From: an uncultured Candidatus Melainabacteria bacterium
GTDB taxonomy: Bacteria; Cyanobacteriota; Vampirovibrionia; LMEP-6097
Reading direction: 5' to 3'
Length of the DNA stretch: 47,958 nucleotides
Assembly: GCA_937927525.1 (NCBI GenBank)
Contig: CALBDR010000293.1
Span: forward strand, 1-47,958
Notes under the pieces: generated by a model
Told to the model about the DNA's origin: nothing
The model's database searches: none
What the model saw: the letters and a program-made list of their open reading frames with translations, nothing else
Program-made: the position numbers and the translations under genes
Part shown: positions 47,568-47,958 of the stretch, piece after piece
Position numbering within the stretch: the first letter of the stretch is position 1
Layout: every line of letters starts with the position of its first letter

Positions 47568-47603
47568 AAACCCAGCAGCTCCAGCTGCTGGGTTTGTTTT
47601 ATT
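47568..47603 (+). terminator. rho-independent terminator
   Basis: AAACCCAGCAGC-tcca-GCTGCTGGGTTT, a perfect 12-bp stem, followed by GTTTTATT. Confidence 0.8.
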
Positions 47604-47903
47604 ATAAATTCAAAAATACTCCTGCTTAGCTTCTGCATGCCTTTCAATGAGACCCACTGCATGAGCAAAGATTTTATTCCCCATAAAAGCAAAAAAACGA
47701 AAACCATAAAGACTTTCGTAAAATAAATAATTTTTGTTTGTAACTATGTTATGCCCAGTTTTGAAATGTTTTAAACCTATTTTTAAAAAAAATTAAAAAC
47801 TTTTCAAATATTTTTTTAAGCAACTTTCTGTCTGAATATTATAGTTTTTATATTTACTCTAGACTTTAAAATTAAGATATAAGTTATAATTAGTCTTTGA
47901 TTT

Positions 47904-47958
47904 GGTCCCATAGCTCAGTTGGCTCGGAGGCGACCAGCCTCTCGTAATAAAGAGTCAG
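47904..47958 (+). tRNA. tRNA-like 5' fragment, cut by window edge; non-canonical D-arm region
   Basis: GGTCCCA-TA-GCTC-AGTTGG is a textbook acceptor, D-stem and D-loop 5' half. The expected xxAGAGC does not follow. Instead there is a hairpin (GGAGGC-gacca-GCCTCT), then TAATAAAGAGTCAG. Confidence 0.35.

Noticed and set aside
47502-47726. 74-aa TTG-initiated ORF (and a 53-aa minus-strand frame at about 47565-47726) downstream of the 132-aa gene
   Set aside because: Both read through the 12-bp terminator stem-loop and, for the plus ORF, the G7 tract. The Cys/Ser/Phe-rich translations are odd, and there is no RBS.

Overview
AT-rich (about one-third G+C by eye), densely coding bacterial chromosomal window with about 55 genes. 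TTG and GTG starts are frequent. Most genes are housekeeping: lysS, ispH, an arginine succinyltransferase (AST) cluster astA-astD-astB preceded by an M20 peptidase, a very divergent PEP carboxylase, aroA, the map-infA-rpmJ-rpsM-rpsK-rpoA-rplQ block, rpsT, purA, fabI, dnaX, PBP2, gpmI, fumC and a polyprenyl synthase. Scattered among them are envelope and motility genes of a flagellated diderm: a type IV pilin-like gene overlapping lysS, two tandem flagellin genes each with a near-consensus sigma28 promoter, an isolated fliP-fliQ pair, and a secretin. The best candidate for an undescribed system is a tightly coupled five-gene operon (9781-13861). It encodes a zinc-ribbon protein with a histone-H1-like Lys/Ala/Thr tail, a secretin, a secreted 159-aa protein, an unannotated 57-aa ORF, and a full-length but catalytically degenerate XerC/D-like protein. 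No pilus or T2SS ATPase or platform genes are nearby. Other notable points: a CxxCxxCC (YkgJ/FliB-family) protein next to the flagellins; three intergenic G7-G9 homopolymer tracts with shared flanks; a structured leader plus terminator upstream of ppc; an A8 slippery tract in dnaX at the position where E. coli makes gamma; a rarA homolog lacking its P-loop N-terminus; and a tRNA-like 5' end at the right edge whose D-arm is interrupted by a hairpin. I saw no CRISPR array, transposase, rRNA or obvious prophage. The taxon cannot be assigned from the sequence alone. All family assignments rest on motif recognition by eye, not on searches.
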